Below the pieces are notes generated by a model. It had not been told where the DNA came from and did no database searches. It saw only the letters and a list, made by a program, of their open reading frames with translations. The position numbers were made by a program, and so were the translations under genes. This document shows, one piece after another, positions 31,580 to 42,324 of a DNA stretch of 64,000 nucleotides. The stretch comes from Polyangiaceae bacterium (GTDB taxonomy: Bacteria; Myxococcota_A; Polyangia; Polyangiales; Polyangiaceae): the NCBI GenBank assembly GCA_035063585.1, contig JAPSGB010000002.1:113458-177457 (forward strand). Direction: 5' to 3'. Every line of letters begins with the position of its first letter. The first letter of the stretch is position 1.

Positions 31580-32905
31580 TCAGAGCAGCGTGCCGCTCAG
31601 CACGACCTGGGCGACGCTGAAGTAGATGACGAGCCCGGCGACGTCGACCATCGTCGCGACGAAGGGCGCCGATGCGCTCGCTGGGTCGAAACCGAGCCGA
31701 CGGAGCACGAACGGCAAGAGCGAACCGGACAGGGTGCCCCAGGTGACGACGCCGATCAGGCTCAGCGAGACGGTCAGCGCCACCTTCATGTAGTGCTCGC
31801 CGTAGCTGTGGAAGGCGACCTGCCAGAGGAGGATCCGCGCGAAGCCGATGGCGGCGAGGAGTAGCCCGAGCAGGACACCGGCACCGAGCTCGCGCCCGGC
31901 GATGCGCCACCAATCGCGGAGCCGCACCTCGTTCAGCGCCATCGCGCGGATCACGAGCGTGGAGGCCTGCGAGCCAGAATTTCCGCCGCTCGAGATGATG
32001 AGCGGGACGAACAGGGCGAGCACCACGGCCTTGGCGACCTCGTGCTCGTAGCGCCCCATGGCGGTCGCGGTGAACATCTCACCCACGAACAGCGCAGCCA
32101 GCCATCCGCCGCGCTTCTTCAACATGGTGAAGAGACCGGTCTGAAAATACGGCATGTCGAGGGCTTCCATGCCGCCGAGCTTCTGGATGTCTTCCGTCGC
32201 CTCTTCCTGGACGACGTCGACGATGTCATCGACCGTGACGATGCCCTTCATGTGGTTCTCGGCGTCGACGACGGGCACCGCGAAGAGGTCGTGTCGCGCC
32301 ATGACGCGAGCGACGGCCTCCTGATCCATGTCCTCCAGGACCGACACGAGGTCCGTCTCCATGACCTCCTCGACCCGCTTGTCGCCGCTCGCGCTGAACA
32401 GCCCGCGAAAGCTCACCACCCCGAGGAGCCGCTGCTCGCTGTCGAGGATGTACGCGTAGTAGATGGTCTCCAGCTGATCGTGCGCTTGGCGGCGAAGGTA
32501 GCGAATCGCCTCGTCGACCGTCATATCGGGTCGGACCCGCGCGAAGCGCGGGTTCATGAGGCCGCCGGCATCATCCTCGGCGTACGCCATCAGCGCCGTC
32601 ACCTCGCGGCGCACCGCCTCGTCGAGGAGCGCGAGGTAGCCGGGCCGTTCCTCGGGCTCGAGCTCGTGGAGGACGTCGGCCGCGTCGTCCGGCGCGAGCG
32701 AGCGCATCCAGAGGCGCCGCTGTCCCGGCGGGAGCTCCTCGAGCACGCTCGCCTGGCTAAACGAAGACAGGCTCAGGAAGAAGTCCTCGGCGTCCTCGGG
32801 CGCGAGGAGCTGAAAGCCCTCGGCGCGCTCGTCGGGCGGCAAGATGGGCCAGACCTCCCGGAGCTCCTCCACCCGAAGGCGGTCACGCGAATCGGCCCAC
32901 GCCAT
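31580..32905 (-). CDS. mgtE: Magnesium transporter MgtE
   Basis: N-domain plus CBS pair (AGGLM, IYYAYILD, GIVTVDD), SSGGNSGSQ, PFVATMVDVAG. Confidence 0.95.
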   Translation of the reverse strand: MAWADSRDRLRVEELREVWPILPPDERAEGFQLLAPEDAEDFFLSLSSFSQASVLEELPPGQRRLWMRSLAPDDAADVLHELEPEERPGYLALLDEAVRREVTALMAYAEDDAGGLMNPRFARVRPDMTVDEAIRYLRRQAHDQLETIYYAYILDSEQRLLGVVSFRGLFSASGDKRVEEVMETDLVSVLEDMDQEAVARVMARHDLFAVPVVDAENHMKGIVTVDDIVDVVQEEATEDIQKLGGMEALDMPYFQTGLFTMLKKRGGWLAALFVGEMFTATAMGRYEHEVAKAVVLALFVPLIISSGGNSGSQASTLVIRAMALNEVRLRDWWRIAGRELGAGVLLGLLLAAIGFARILLWQVAFHSYGEHYMKVALTVSLSLIGVVTWGTLSGSLLPFVLRRLGFDPASASAPFVATMVDVAGLVIYFSVAQVVLSGTLL

Positions 32906-33100
32906 GACATCACCTGAGCGCCGCTGGAGCGCCCGGCCGGCGCCCATGGACGGCGAGCACGCCTAACCCCTGAGCGCCGTGAAGGCAAGCGAAGAGCCCG
33001 GAGCCTCCAAGATTCGCGAGCCCTCGTCGTGAGAAATGTGCCGGGGAAATAGTGGACTTGAGCTTCTCATTGCGTATGGTTCGAGGCTGGAGGACTCGAA

Positions 33101-33985
33101 ATGAAGCAACTTCTTACTACTTTCACGCTCATCACCGCAGCCGGAGCCTGGAGCTCGGCCGCTCGCGCGGACGAGCTGCCGACCGGACTCGTCAACCAAG
33201 ATCCTGCGAGCGCCGGGGCGACCGACGTCGGCGGGGGCGGGTTCGGAGAGGCGACCAAGCCGGACGAGGACAAAGACGCCACGCAGGCAGAGATCAGCGC
33301 GGGAGCCCTCGTCACTTCGGGCAACTCGCGGCAGATGGCCCTCACCAGCGCCGGCAAGTTCAGGCTCCGCCGCAGCGCCCACCAGTTCTCCACGCAAGCC
33401 GCCGGAAACCTGGCGCGCGCCGCCGCGCCCGGCACGGACGCCGGCATGGAGACCACCGTAGAGAACCTGCAGGGGCGCGTTCGATACGACTACTTCTTCT
33501 CGTCCGCCTTCTCGGGGTTCCTCGGCGTAGTGGGCCGGCGTGACCGCTTCCAGGGCTTGAACCTACGCCTCAACGTGGATCCCGGCGTCGCCTACTACGC
33601 CATCGACGAGGCACAGCAGCAGTTCTGGTTCGAGCTCGGCTACGATCTGCAGCACGACATTCGGCGAGACGAGGCGCTGGCAGTGGCGCTCGCGGACGGC
33701 GAGGTCCTCGCCAAGACCGAGACGCGCCACAGCGGCCGCGCCTTCATCGGCTACGAGAACAAGCTGAACGAGCGCGTTACCGGCTCGACCGGGCTCGAGT
33801 ATCTGCAGAGCGTCCAGGATTCGAGCAAATGGCGAATGAACTGGGACGCCGCGATCACCTCGAACATCGCCGGGAAGTTCTCGACCGCGATCACCTTCAG
33901 CTTGAGGTACGACCACGAGCCGCTGCCGGGCATCCAGAATACGGACATCTTGACGTCGTTCAACCTGGTCTACGGGCTCCTCTGA
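33101..33985 (+). CDS. DUF481 (YdiY-like) outer-membrane beta-barrel protein
   Basis: Signal peptide, TSGNS, RYDYFF, DRFQGLNLR, LRYDHEPLPG..NTD; SD GGAGG. Confidence 0.8.
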   Translation: MKQLLTTFTLITAAGAWSSAARADELPTGLVNQDPASAGATDVGGGGFGEATKPDEDKDATQAEISAGALVTSGNSRQMALTSAGKFRLRRSAHQFSTQAAGNLARAAAPGTDAGMETTVENLQGRVRYDYFFSSAFSGFLGVVGRRDRFQGLNLRLNVDPGVAYYAIDEAQQQFWFELGYDLQHDIRRDEALAVALADGEVLAKTETRHSGRAFIGYENKLNERVTGSTGLEYLQSVQDSSKWRMNWDAAITSNIAGKFSTAITFSLRYDHEPLPGIQNTDILTSFNLVYGLL

Positions 33986-34130
33986 GCTGCGGCGGGCGCA
34001 CCGAAGGGCCAGGAGTGGTCGACGTCACTTACATTCACCGATCGACGTCGTCGTCCCTACCATCGAGCGAGCGTGCGCCGGGCGCGGCCCGCAGGAGCCC
34101 GCGCCTCGGCGAGAGCGTCGCGCCCTGGCG

Positions 34131-37100
34131 TCACGTCGCGGCGCGCCGCCGGCCGAGCCGCTCTAGCCCCCACTCTCGCATCCGCTCCATGAACACGTAG
34201 AACACCGGCGTCACGTAGAGCGTCAGCATCTGCGAGAAAATCAGGCCGCCCACCACGGCGAGCCCGAGCGGACGGCGAGACTCGGCGCCCGCCCCCAGCC
34301 CGAGCGCAATGGGCAGCGTCCCGAAGAGCGCCGCCATGGTGGTCATCATGATGGGGCGGAAGCGCACCATGCACGCCTCATGGATGGCGTCCGCTGCGGA
34401 CTTCTGCGGGTCCTTCTGCGCCTCGACCGCGAAGTCCACCATCATGATGCCGTTCTTCTTCACCAGGCCTACCAGCATGATGACGCCGACGAACGCGTAC
34501 ACGTTCAAATCGACGTGGAAGAGCATGAGGGTGGCGACCGCGCCGAACCCCGCGAACGGGAGCGCGCTCAAGATGGTGAGCGGATGGATGAAGCTCTCGT
34601 AGAGGATGCCGAGGACCAGATAGATGATGAAAATGGTGACGATGAGGAGCATCCCGAGGCCGCTCAACGAAGACTGGAACGCCTCGGCCTCGCCCTGAAA
34701 CTTGGTGGTGATCCCAGCCGGCATCACCCGGAGCGCCGCCGCGTTCACCCCCGCCACGGCCTCGCTGAGCCCGTGCCCTGGCTCGAGGTTGAACGAAATC
34801 GTGACCGCGGGGAGCTGCCCCGCGTGGTTCACCGACAACGGCCCGACCCCGCGGCCCACCTTCGCGAAGCTGCGGAGCGGGACCAAGTCGCCGGTCGACG
34901 CGCGGACGTACAGCTTGTCGAGCGAGGCCGGCTCGTCTTGATGCGAAGGGTCGACCTCCAAGATGACCTGGTAGGTGTTGGTCGGCGCGTAGATGCTGCT
35001 GACCTGCCGCACGCCGTAGGCGCTGTAGAGCGCGTCCTCGGTCTGCGCGGCGGTGAGCCCGAGCGCGGCGGCGCGGTCCCGATCGATCTCGACTTCGAGC
35101 TCGGGGTTCTTGATCTGGATGTCGGTCGCGATGTCACGAACCCCCGGGATCTTCTTCATCTCTTCCGCGAGCACCGGCCCGTATTGGTAGAGGTCCTGCG
35201 GGTTCGGCCCTTGCAGCGTCACCTGGTACTGGCTGCGCGTGAGCGTGCCGCCGATGCGAATCGCCGGCGGCACTTGGATGTACGCGCGCATCCCGGGGAC
35301 TTGGCCCATCTTGGCGCGAAGCCGGGCGATGACCGCGTTGATGTCCCCGCGCTCCTTTTTCGACTTCAGCGTGAGGAACATCATGCCCGAGTTCGAGCCG
35401 CCGATGGTGCCGCGCGAGCCCACGCTCGACATGTAGTTCTCGACCGCCGGATCGTCGTCGACGATCTTGGTGAGCTGAAGCTGACGCTCCTTCACCTGGC
35501 CGAAGGAGATCCCCTCGACCGCCTCGGTCATGATGAAGATCTGGTTGGTATCCTCGGTCGGCAAGAACCCCTTCGGGATCTTCACGAAGAGGATCCCCGT
35601 GGCGGCGAGGACGCCCGCGGAGAACGCGAACGTGAGGAAGCGATGCCGGAGCACGACCCGGAGCGTCCGGTCGTAGAAGTGAAGCACCGCGTCGAACGCT
35701 CGCTCGACGGCCTGATAGGCCACGCCGTGCGAGCCGTGCGCGCCTCGCACGAAGCGCGCCGCGAGCATCGGCGTGAGGGTGAGCGAGACGAACCCGCTCA
35801 CCAGGATCGCGACCGCGATGGTGACCGCGAACTCCTTGAAGAGCCGCCCGAGGATCCCTCCCATGAAGAGGAACGGAATGAACACCGCGACCAGCGAGAT
35901 GGTCATGCTGAGGATGGTGAAGCCAATCTCCTTCGACCCCTCGAGCGCCGCTTCCATGGGCTTCTTGCCCAGCTCCATGTGGCGCACGACGTTCTCGAGC
36001 ATGACGATCGCGTCATCCACCACGAAGCCCACGCTCAGCGTGAGCGCCATCAACGAGAGGTTGTCGAGGCTGTAGCCGAGCAGGTACATCACCGAGAAGG
36101 TGCCGACGATGGCGAGCGGCATCGCCAGGCTCGGGATCACGGTCGCCGAGAGCTTCCTCAGGAAGAGGAAGATCACCATCACGACCAGCCCCAAGGTAAG
36201 GAGCAGGGTGAACTGCACGTCCGCCACGGACTCCTCGACCGTCAGCGAGCGATCGTAGAGCGTCCTCAGCTCCACCGAGCCCGGGAGCTCCGCGCGGAAC
36301 GCCGGTATCAGCTTCTTGATCGCCTCGGAGACCTCCACCGTGTTGGCGCCGGGCTGCTTCTGCACGGCGAGCACCACGGCGCGCTTGCCGCGGCTCCAGG
36401 CGGCGGTCTTGTCGTTCTCGACGCTGTCGGTGGCCGAGCCGAGATCTTGGATACGGACGGGCTTGCCGTCGCGCCAGGAGACGATGACCGGACGGTACGC
36501 GGCGGCGTCGGTGAGCTGGCCGTTCGCCTGGATGGTGTACGCCTTCGAGTCGCTGTAGAGCGTCCCCGTCGGCATGTTGACGTTGGCGCCGCGGAGGGCG
36601 CTCGCGACCTCGTCGAGGCCGATGCCACGGTTCGAGAGCGCATCCGGGTCGACGCGGATCCTGACCGCGTACTTCATCGAGCCGTAGACCTGGACCTGCG
36701 CGACTCCCTTCACGGTGGAGATGCGCTGAGCCATGTTGGTCTCGGCGAACTCATCGACCGTGTAGAGCGGCAGCGTGTCGCTGCTGAGCGCGAGGTAAAG
36801 GACGGGTTGATCCGCCGGGTTTACCTTGCGGTAGTAGGGCGGCGTCGGCATATCGAGCGGGAGCCGCGGTGCCGAGCGCGAGATGGCGGCCTGAACGTCG
36901 AGCGCGGCGGAGTCGAGGTCGCGCGAGGTGTCGAACTGAAGGGTGATCGAGGTCCCGCCGAGCGAGCTCGTCGAGGTCATCGAATCGAGCCCGTCGATGG
37001 TCGTGAACTCCTTCTCGAGCGGCGTCGCCACCGACGCCGCCATCGTCTCCGGGCTCGCCCCGGGGAGGGACGCCTGCACCAAGATGGTCGGGAAGTCGAC

Positions 37101-37217
37101 GTTCGGCAGCGCGCTCACCGGCAGCCGGAAATACGAGAGGATGCCGAACAGCAGGATACCGAGCATCACCAGCGTGGTGGCGACCGGCCGCTTGATGAAG
37201 AGCTCGGAGACGTTCAC
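34131..37217 (-). CDS. RND efflux permease (MdtB/MdtC-like HAE1)
   Basis: FIKRPVATT, LPNVDFPTI, GFVVDDAIVMLEN, KKNGIMMVDFA, RFRPIMMTT. Confidence 0.96.
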   Translation of the reverse strand: MNVSELFIKRPVATTLVMLGILLFGILSYFRLPVSALPNVDFPTILVQASLPGASPETMAASVATPLEKEFTTIDGLDSMTSTSSLGGTSITLQFDTSRDLDSAALDVQAAISRSAPRLPLDMPTPPYYRKVNPADQPVLYLALSSDTLPLYTVDEFAETNMAQRISTVKGVAQVQVYGSMKYAVRIRVDPDALSNRGIGLDEVASALRGANVNMPTGTLYSDSKAYTIQANGQLTDAAAYRPVIVSWRDGKPVRIQDLGSATDSVENDKTAAWSRGKRAVVLAVQKQPGANTVEVSEAIKKLIPAFRAELPGSVELRTLYDRSLTVEESVADVQFTLLLTLGLVVMVIFLFLRKLSATVIPSLAMPLAIVGTFSVMYLLGYSLDNLSLMALTLSVGFVVDDAIVMLENVVRHMELGKKPMEAALEGSKEIGFTILSMTISLVAVFIPFLFMGGILGRLFKEFAVTIAVAILVSGFVSLTLTPMLAARFVRGAHGSHGVAYQAVERAFDAVLHFYDRTLRVVLRHRFLTFAFSAGVLAATGILFVKIPKGFLPTEDTNQIFIMTEAVEGISFGQVKERQLQLTKIVDDDPAVENYMSSVGSRGTIGGSNSGMMFLTLKSKKERGDINAVIARLRAKMGQVPGMRAYIQVPPAIRIGGTLTRSQYQVTLQGPNPQDLYQYGPVLAEEMKKIPGVRDIATDIQIKNPELEVEIDRDRAAALGLTAAQTEDALYSAYGVRQVSSIYAPTNTYQVILEVDPSHQDEPASLDKLYVRASTGDLVPLRSFAKVGRGVGPLSVNHAGQLPAVTISFNLEPGHGLSEAVAGVNAAALRVMPAGITTKFQGEAEAFQSSLSGLGMLLIVTIFIIYLVLGILYESFIHPLTILSALPFAGFGAVATLMLFHVDLNVYAFVGVIMLVGLVKKNGIMMVDFAVEAQKDPQKSAADAIHEACMVRFRPIMMTTMAALFGTLPIALGLGAGAESRRPLGLAVVGGLIFSQMLTLYVTPVFYVFMERMREWGLERLGRRRAAT

Positions 37218-38452
37218 GGCTTGCCTCCGCCCGCGGGCGGCGGAGGTGCCTTCTCGGGGCCGGCCTTGGCGTCAGCAGCGACCGGCGCGGCAGGCTCGGC
37301 GGGCGCCGACAGCGACGGTGGCTGGGCGCTCTTGAGCACGACCGGCGCGCCGGGGAAGAGCCTCACCTGACCATCGACGACCACCCGCTCTCCGGGCTTC
37401 ACGCCGCTCTCGAGCACGATCTCTCGGCCCACTTGCCGATCGACCTTCACCGGACGGAGGACGGCCTTGTCGTCGGACCCGACGACGAACACGTGGTCTC
37501 CGTTCTGCCCGGCCTGGATGGCCGACTCGGGAACGACCAAGGCGCTCTCTTGCTCCGAGAGGCGGAGCGAGACGTCCACGAACTGGCCGGGCCAGAGCCG
37601 CTCGTCCTGATTCGGGAACTCGGCCTTGAGGGCGATGGTGCCCGTCGCAGTATCGACCGTGTTCTCGACGAAGGTGAGCTTGCCCTCGGCCGGTGTGCCG
37701 CGATCGTGCCGCGGCCGCGCCTCCACCAGCAGTGTCCCCGCGCTCATTCGCTCGCGAATCCTCGAGAGGTACTTCTCGGGCACCGCGAAGCGAACGTAGA
37801 TGGGCTTCATCGCGCGAATGATCACCAGGGGCTGGCTCCCCGGCGCGACCACGTTCCCCGCGTGCACCAAGAGCGAGCCCGCCCTGCCCGCGATGGGTGA
37901 GCGAATGGTGGCATAGCTGACGCTGATGCTCGCGCCCGCGACCGCCGCGCGGTCGGCGGCCAAGGTCGCGTCCGCGGCCTCGGCGTTGGCGTTCGCCTGA
38001 TCGAGATCCGCCTGCGTCGCGAGCCCTTCCTTCACGAGCTTCGCGGTGCGGTCCGCCTGGTCATGCGCCTGCTTCGCGAGCGCCTTGTCACGCGTGACCC
38101 GCGCCGCCGCCTCGCTCAGGGTCGCTCGGTACGGTCGCGTGTCGATCGTGAAGAGGAGCTCGTCCTTCTTGACCGTGGCACCCTCCTCGAAGTGCACCTT
38201 GGTGATCGCACCGCCGACCTGCGGAAGCACCGAGACCGTCGTGTAGGCCTCGACGCCGCCGATCGCGTCGACCGTGACCGGCATCGACTTCGCTTCGACC
38301 GGCCCGAGGATGACTGGCGCGGGCGGCGGCGCTTGCCCGCCCCGGGCGTCGGCTTCCCCTCTGCAGGCAGAGCTCAGCGCGAGCGCCATGAAGAGCATCG
38401 CCGGCGCACCCAGCGCCCGGACGAATGCTGCGGAAATTGCAGTGCATCTCAC
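37214..38452 (-). CDS. RND efflux membrane fusion protein (MdtA-like)
   Basis: Lipobox LSSAC, EGATVKKDELLFTID, IRSPIAGRAG, VDTATGTI, LWPGQFV; stop overlaps the permease start. Start uncertain. Confidence 0.92.
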   Translation of the reverse strand: MRCTAISAAFVRALGAPAMLFMALALSSACRGEADARGGQAPPPAPVILGPVEAKSMPVTVDAIGGVEAYTTVSVLPQVGGAITKVHFEEGATVKKDELLFTIDTRPYRATLSEAAARVTRDKALAKQAHDQADRTAKLVKEGLATQADLDQANANAEAADATLAADRAAVAGASISVSYATIRSPIAGRAGSLLVHAGNVVAPGSQPLVIIRAMKPIYVRFAVPEKYLSRIRERMSAGTLLVEARPRHDRGTPAEGKLTFVENTVDTATGTIALKAEFPNQDERLWPGQFVDVSLRLSEQESALVVPESAIQAGQNGDHVFVVGSDDKAVLRPVKVDRQVGREIVLESGVKPGERVVVDGQVRLFPGAPVVLKSAQPPSLSAPAEPAAPVAADAKAGPEKAPPPPAGGGKP

Positions 38453-38818
38453 GGATGGCTCGCAAGCTTTTGTACAATCCCGTCGCCATGTAAAGCCCCG
38501 CCCCGGGGCGTCGATCGCGCGAGCCTGCCTGACTCTGCGCGGCTTCGGGCGCGGCCGATCGATTCGCACCCCCTCACGCCGTCTCCCGCGAGCACGAGAG
38601 CGACGAGATGCTTCATGAAGAGGAGGGTTGGTCGGTTCGGCGCGAGGTCGTCACGGTGAGGGGTCGAGCGGTCGCTGAGATCGCCAGGTAGCGCACCTGG
38701 CTCGGCCACCTGACGACCAACGAGGTCGGCGCTCTGCTCGAGCGCATCATGCGCCGCATCGGCGAGCCCTCGCCGTGGAGCCTCGACGACGGCGCCAGCG
38801 ACCCGGCTCGAGCGGCGC

Positions 38819-40009
38819 TCAGCCCGGCTTACCGTCCGCCCGCGACAACACCAGCATCGGCGCGCAGTCGATCACGAAGAGCAGGAACGCGAGCGCGAAG
38901 AGCGTGCCCGACAACATCAATTGCCCGAGATAGGAGGGACCCGAGACGATGGACGCGACCACCCGCGAGATGGCGGCGAGAGTAATCATCACGAAGTAGA
39001 CCGTGGTGAGCGGCGCCGCCACGATCTTGCGGCCGGTGTGGCCACGGCTGACGCGCGCCATCACCCCGAGGGTCAAGGTCGCGATGGCCCCGGTCGTGAA
39101 GGCGTGAACGGCGGCGGTGACTGGGATGCTCGGCGTGAGCCAGGAGGCGAAGCGCAAGAGTAGCCCGATGATCACCCAGGCGTGCCCGACATGCAGCACC
39201 CATAGCATCGGGACCCGGAGCGAGTGCTGCGCTCCCCAGTAGCGCACCCGCGCGATGGACGAGAGGGCGACCACGCCGGACAGGACGCCCACCACCGCGA
39301 GCGGCGCGGCAGCGGCGTCCGCGAGCGCGAGCGCGATCATCCCCCCGATGGTGGCCCAGTCGAACACGGGGAGGTTCTTGATGCCCTCCGCCTTGGTCGT
39401 GTTGCGGGTAAAGAGCGGGATGATGCGCGAGCTTATTACGGTGATGACGGTCAAGATGAGATCCATCGCCATGAAGGCGCCCTGCCCGGTCCTGCCGAGG
39501 TGCATCAAGAGGTTGGCGACGAAGAGCAGCGAGAGGATGACGAGCAGGAGGTAGTTGCGTTTGTCTCGCGCGGGGAGCACCACGACCGCCATCGCCAAGA
39601 CGACGAGCGGCAAGAACGCGAGGTCCACGACCGACACCACGAGCGGCGGGAGCGCGGAGCCGGTGAACATGACCACCCGCCCCGCGAGCCAGACGCCAGC
39701 CACCGCCATGAGCGGCGCGCCAGTGATCGTCTTTCGCTTGGTCCAGTTCGCGGCCGCGGTGATGAGGAACCCGGCGATCACCGCCACCGTGAACCCGAAC
39801 AGCATCTCATGACCGTGCCAATAGTCCCGGCCGAAGCGGCTCTCCGGATCGAACCGACCGGCGAGCGCCACCAGCCAGATCGGCAAGGAGACGGCAGCAT
39901 ACAGCCCGGCGAGCAAGAAGAACGGCCGGAACCCATGCGCGGCGAGGGCGATTCGAGCCGGCGGAGCGGGCGCCGTCGCGGGCTCGGCGGCAGGTGCGTC
40001 ATTGGTCAC
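38819..40009 (-). CDS. nnrS: NnrS family heme-copper membrane protein (NO stress)
   Basis: GFRPFFL, WHGHEMLFGF, GFLITAAANWT, RIIPLFT, WVLHVG, HAFTTG, RVSRGHTGR. Confidence 0.93.
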   Translation of the reverse strand: MTNDAPAAEPATAPAPPARIALAAHGFRPFFLLAGLYAAVSLPIWLVALAGRFDPESRFGRDYWHGHEMLFGFTVAVIAGFLITAAANWTKRKTITGAPLMAVAGVWLAGRVVMFTGSALPPLVVSVVDLAFLPLVVLAMAVVVLPARDKRNYLLLVILSLLFVANLLMHLGRTGQGAFMAMDLILTVITVISSRIIPLFTRNTTKAEGIKNLPVFDWATIGGMIALALADAAAAPLAVVGVLSGVVALSSIARVRYWGAQHSLRVPMLWVLHVGHAWVIIGLLLRFASWLTPSIPVTAAVHAFTTGAIATLTLGVMARVSRGHTGRKIVAAPLTTVYFVMITLAAISRVVASIVSGPSYLGQLMLSGTLFALAFLLFVIDCAPMLVLSRADGKPG

Positions 40010-40015
40010 GGCGGG

Positions 40016-40045
40016 ACATTGGGTCGCGCGTACTTCAAATGCAAG
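40016..40045 (-). promoter_or_regulatory. nnrS promoter (TTGCAT-N17-CAATGT) overlapped by an NsrR/Rrf2-like box
   Basis: Minus strand CTTGCATTTGAAGTACGCGCGACCCAATGT, then 6 nt, then GTG 40009. Confidence 0.55.
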
Positions 40046-40196
40046 CGCACGCGTCATCGGTCCGCACGACCTCACGAGCGCCGCGCGCGACTACGCGCGG
40101 GCCACGCCATCGGCTCGCGGCACTTGTCGCGCGGTCAAGAGCGGGCCCCCGACGTGCGGATTGCGCCGGCGACGCGACCCGTGCCTAGATGCGCCC

Positions 40197-42308
40197 GTGC
40201 CAGCGTCGATCTCCGCCATCCTCCAGCCTCGCTCGGTCGCCGTGCTCGGCGCGTCTCGCTCACGTCGCAGCGTGGGCGGAGAGCTGTTCCACAACCTCCT
40301 GAAGTGCGGGTTCAACGGGCCGGTCTATCCGGTGAACCCGTCTGCGGACTACGTGCAGTCGGTGCGCGCCTGGCGCTCGGTCCGCGGGCTCCCCGGCCCG
40401 GTGGACCTCGCCATCATCGCGGTGCCGGCCGAGCACGCGGTCGCCGCCCTCGAGGACTGCGGGCGAGCCGGGGTCGGTGCCGCGGTGGTGGTTACCGCCG
40501 GCTTCAAGGAGATCGGCGGCGCAGGCGCCGAGCGCGAGGCCGCGCTGGTGCGTATCGCGCGCGAGCACGACATGCGCGTGGTCGGGCCGAATTGCCTGGG
40601 AGTGCTCAACACCCATCCATCGGTGAGCTTGAACGCGACCTTCGCCGAGGCGTTCCCCGAGCCGGGCCCGGTGGCGTTCCTCTCGCAGAGCGGCGCGCTC
40701 GGCGTCGCGGTGCTCGACCGTGCGACTCGCCTCGGCATCGGGATGTCGTCGTTCGTGAGCATCGGGAATCGGTGCGACGTGAGCGGCAACGATCTCATCG
40801 AGTACTGGGGGCAGGACCCGGACACCCGCGTCATGTTGCTCTACCTCGAGAGCCTCGGTAACCCGCGGCACTTCACCCGCCTCGCCCGCAACATCGGGCG
40901 CACCAAGCCCATCATCGCGCTGAAGAGCGGCCGTACCGTGGCGGGCTCGCGAGCCGCGGCCTCCCACACCGGCGCGCTCGCCGGCACCGACATGGCCGTG
41001 GACGCGCTCTTCGCGCAGGCTGGCGTCATCCGGGTGTCCACCATCGAAGAGCTCTTCGACACCGGGATGCTGCTCGCGACGCAGCCGCTACCGAACGGCA
41101 GGCGCGTCGCGATCCTGACGAACGCCGGGGGCCCCGGGATCTTGGCGGCGGACGCCTGCGAGCAGTACGGCCTCGAGCTCACCGAGCTCTCCGCCGACAC
41201 CCGCGCCGCGCTCGCGAGGTTCCTGCCGCCGGAGGCGTCGCTCAAGAACCCGGTCGACATGATCGCCTCGGCCGGCGCCGAGAGCTACCGCCGCGCGGTC
41301 GAGACTCTGCTCCACGACCCCGCGGTCGACCTGCTGCTCGTCATCTTCGTGCCTCCGCTCATGACGGCGGCTCCCGACGTGGCCCGCGCGATCGCCGAGG
41401 GCGCGGCCGGCGCGGGGAAGCCGGTCGCGTCGTGCTTCATGGGCGCGCACGGCTTCCGCACCGGGCTCGGCGGAGAGGGCTCGAGCGCCGAGCGGATCCC
41501 CTCGTACGCGTTCCCAGAGTCGGCCGCGCAGGCGCTCTCGCGCGCGGCGACCTACGCGCGCTGGCGCGGTTTCGCCGACAGCCCGGTGCCGGGCGTCTCG
41601 CTCGCCGCGCCGCCGGCCGCGCCGAGCCGGCACGACCAGTCGGAGTCCGGATGGCTCTCACCGGGCGAGACCGCACGGCTGCTCGACGCCTACGGCATCC
41701 GGACGCCACGGAGCGGCGTCGCGCGCGACGCGGACGAGGCGGCGAGCATCGCCGCCAAGCTCGGCTTCCCGGTGGTCATGAAGCTCATCGCGCGAGACAT
41801 CGTCCATAAATCGGACGTGGGCGGCGTGGTGCTCGACCGGCGCTCGGAGGACGAGACGCGGCGAGCCTTCACCGAGCTCTGCGAGCGAGCCAAGCAGCTC
41901 GGCGCCGAGCTCGATGGCGTCCTCATCCAGGAGTACGTGAAGGAAGGTATCGAGGCGGTGGTCGGGGTGACGAACGATCCGAACTTCGGCCCGCTCCTCA
42001 TGTTCGGCCTCGGCGGCGTCTACGTCGAGCTGCTCGGCGACGTCGCCTTTCGCCTGCACCCGGTGAGCGAGCACGACGTCGACAGCATGATCGCGAACGT
42101 GCACGCGTCGAAGCTGCTCGAGGGCTATCGCGGCGCGCCGCCCGGTGACCTCGAGGCGCTGCGCGAGCTCTTGGCGCGGGTCAACCGCATGGTGTCGGAT
42201 CACGAGGGGCTCGAGGAGATGGACCTCAACCCGGTCAAGATCCTGCCGCCCGGGCGCGGAGTCGTGGTGGTCGACGCGCGCATCCGCTGGCAGAGCCGGG
42301 TAGGATGA
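40197..42308 (+). CDS. ADP-forming acetate/acyl-CoA ligase family (CoA-binding + ligase + ATP-grasp, no GNAT)
   Basis: [55 protein letters not shown]. Confidence 0.92.
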   Translation: MPASISAILQPRSVAVLGASRSRRSVGGELFHNLLKCGFNGPVYPVNPSADYVQSVRAWRSVRGLPGPVDLAIIAVPAEHAVAALEDCGRAGVGAAVVVTAGFKEIGGAGAEREAALVRIAREHDMRVVGPNCLGVLNTHPSVSLNATFAEAFPEPGPVAFLSQSGALGVAVLDRATRLGIGMSSFVSIGNRCDVSGNDLIEYWGQDPDTRVMLLYLESLGNPRHFTRLARNIGRTKPIIALKSGRTVAGSRAAASHTGALAGTDMAVDALFAQAGVIRVSTIEELFDTGMLLATQPLPNGRRVAILTNAGGPGILAADACEQYGLELTELSADTRAALARFLPPEASLKNPVDMIASAGAESYRRAVETLLHDPAVDLLLVIFVPPLMTAAPDVARAIAEGAAGAGKPVASCFMGAHGFRTGLGGEGSSAERIPSYAFPESAAQALSRAATYARWRGFADSPVPGVSLAAPPAAPSRHDQSESGWLSPGETARLLDAYGIRTPRSGVARDADEAASIAAKLGFPVVMKLIARDIVHKSDVGGVVLDRRSEDETRRAFTELCERAKQLGAELDGVLIQEYVKEGIEAVVGVTNDPNFGPLLMFGLGGVYVELLGDVAFRLHPVSEHDVDSMIANVHASKLLEGYRGAPPGDLEALRELLARVNRMVSDHEGLEEMDLNPVKILPPGRGVVVVDARIRWQSRVG

Positions 42309-42324
42309 GGGGACCCTGGGAGGC

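Noticed and set aside
32906..33100. M-box/Mg2+ riboswitch upstream of mgtE
   Set aside because: No recognisable ykoK consensus or terminator by eye; an Rfam scan would be needed.
34380..37370. 996-aa plus-strand ORF (likewise 11555-13981, 57693-59378, 58567-61077, 53614-55446)
   Set aside because: Stop-free antisense frames of real genes, expected at this GC content; no motifs.
38466..38496. GCTTT...AAAGC inverted repeat with TGTACA/TGTAAA upstream of the RND adaptor
   Set aside because: Plausible regulator site but too short and degenerate to assign.
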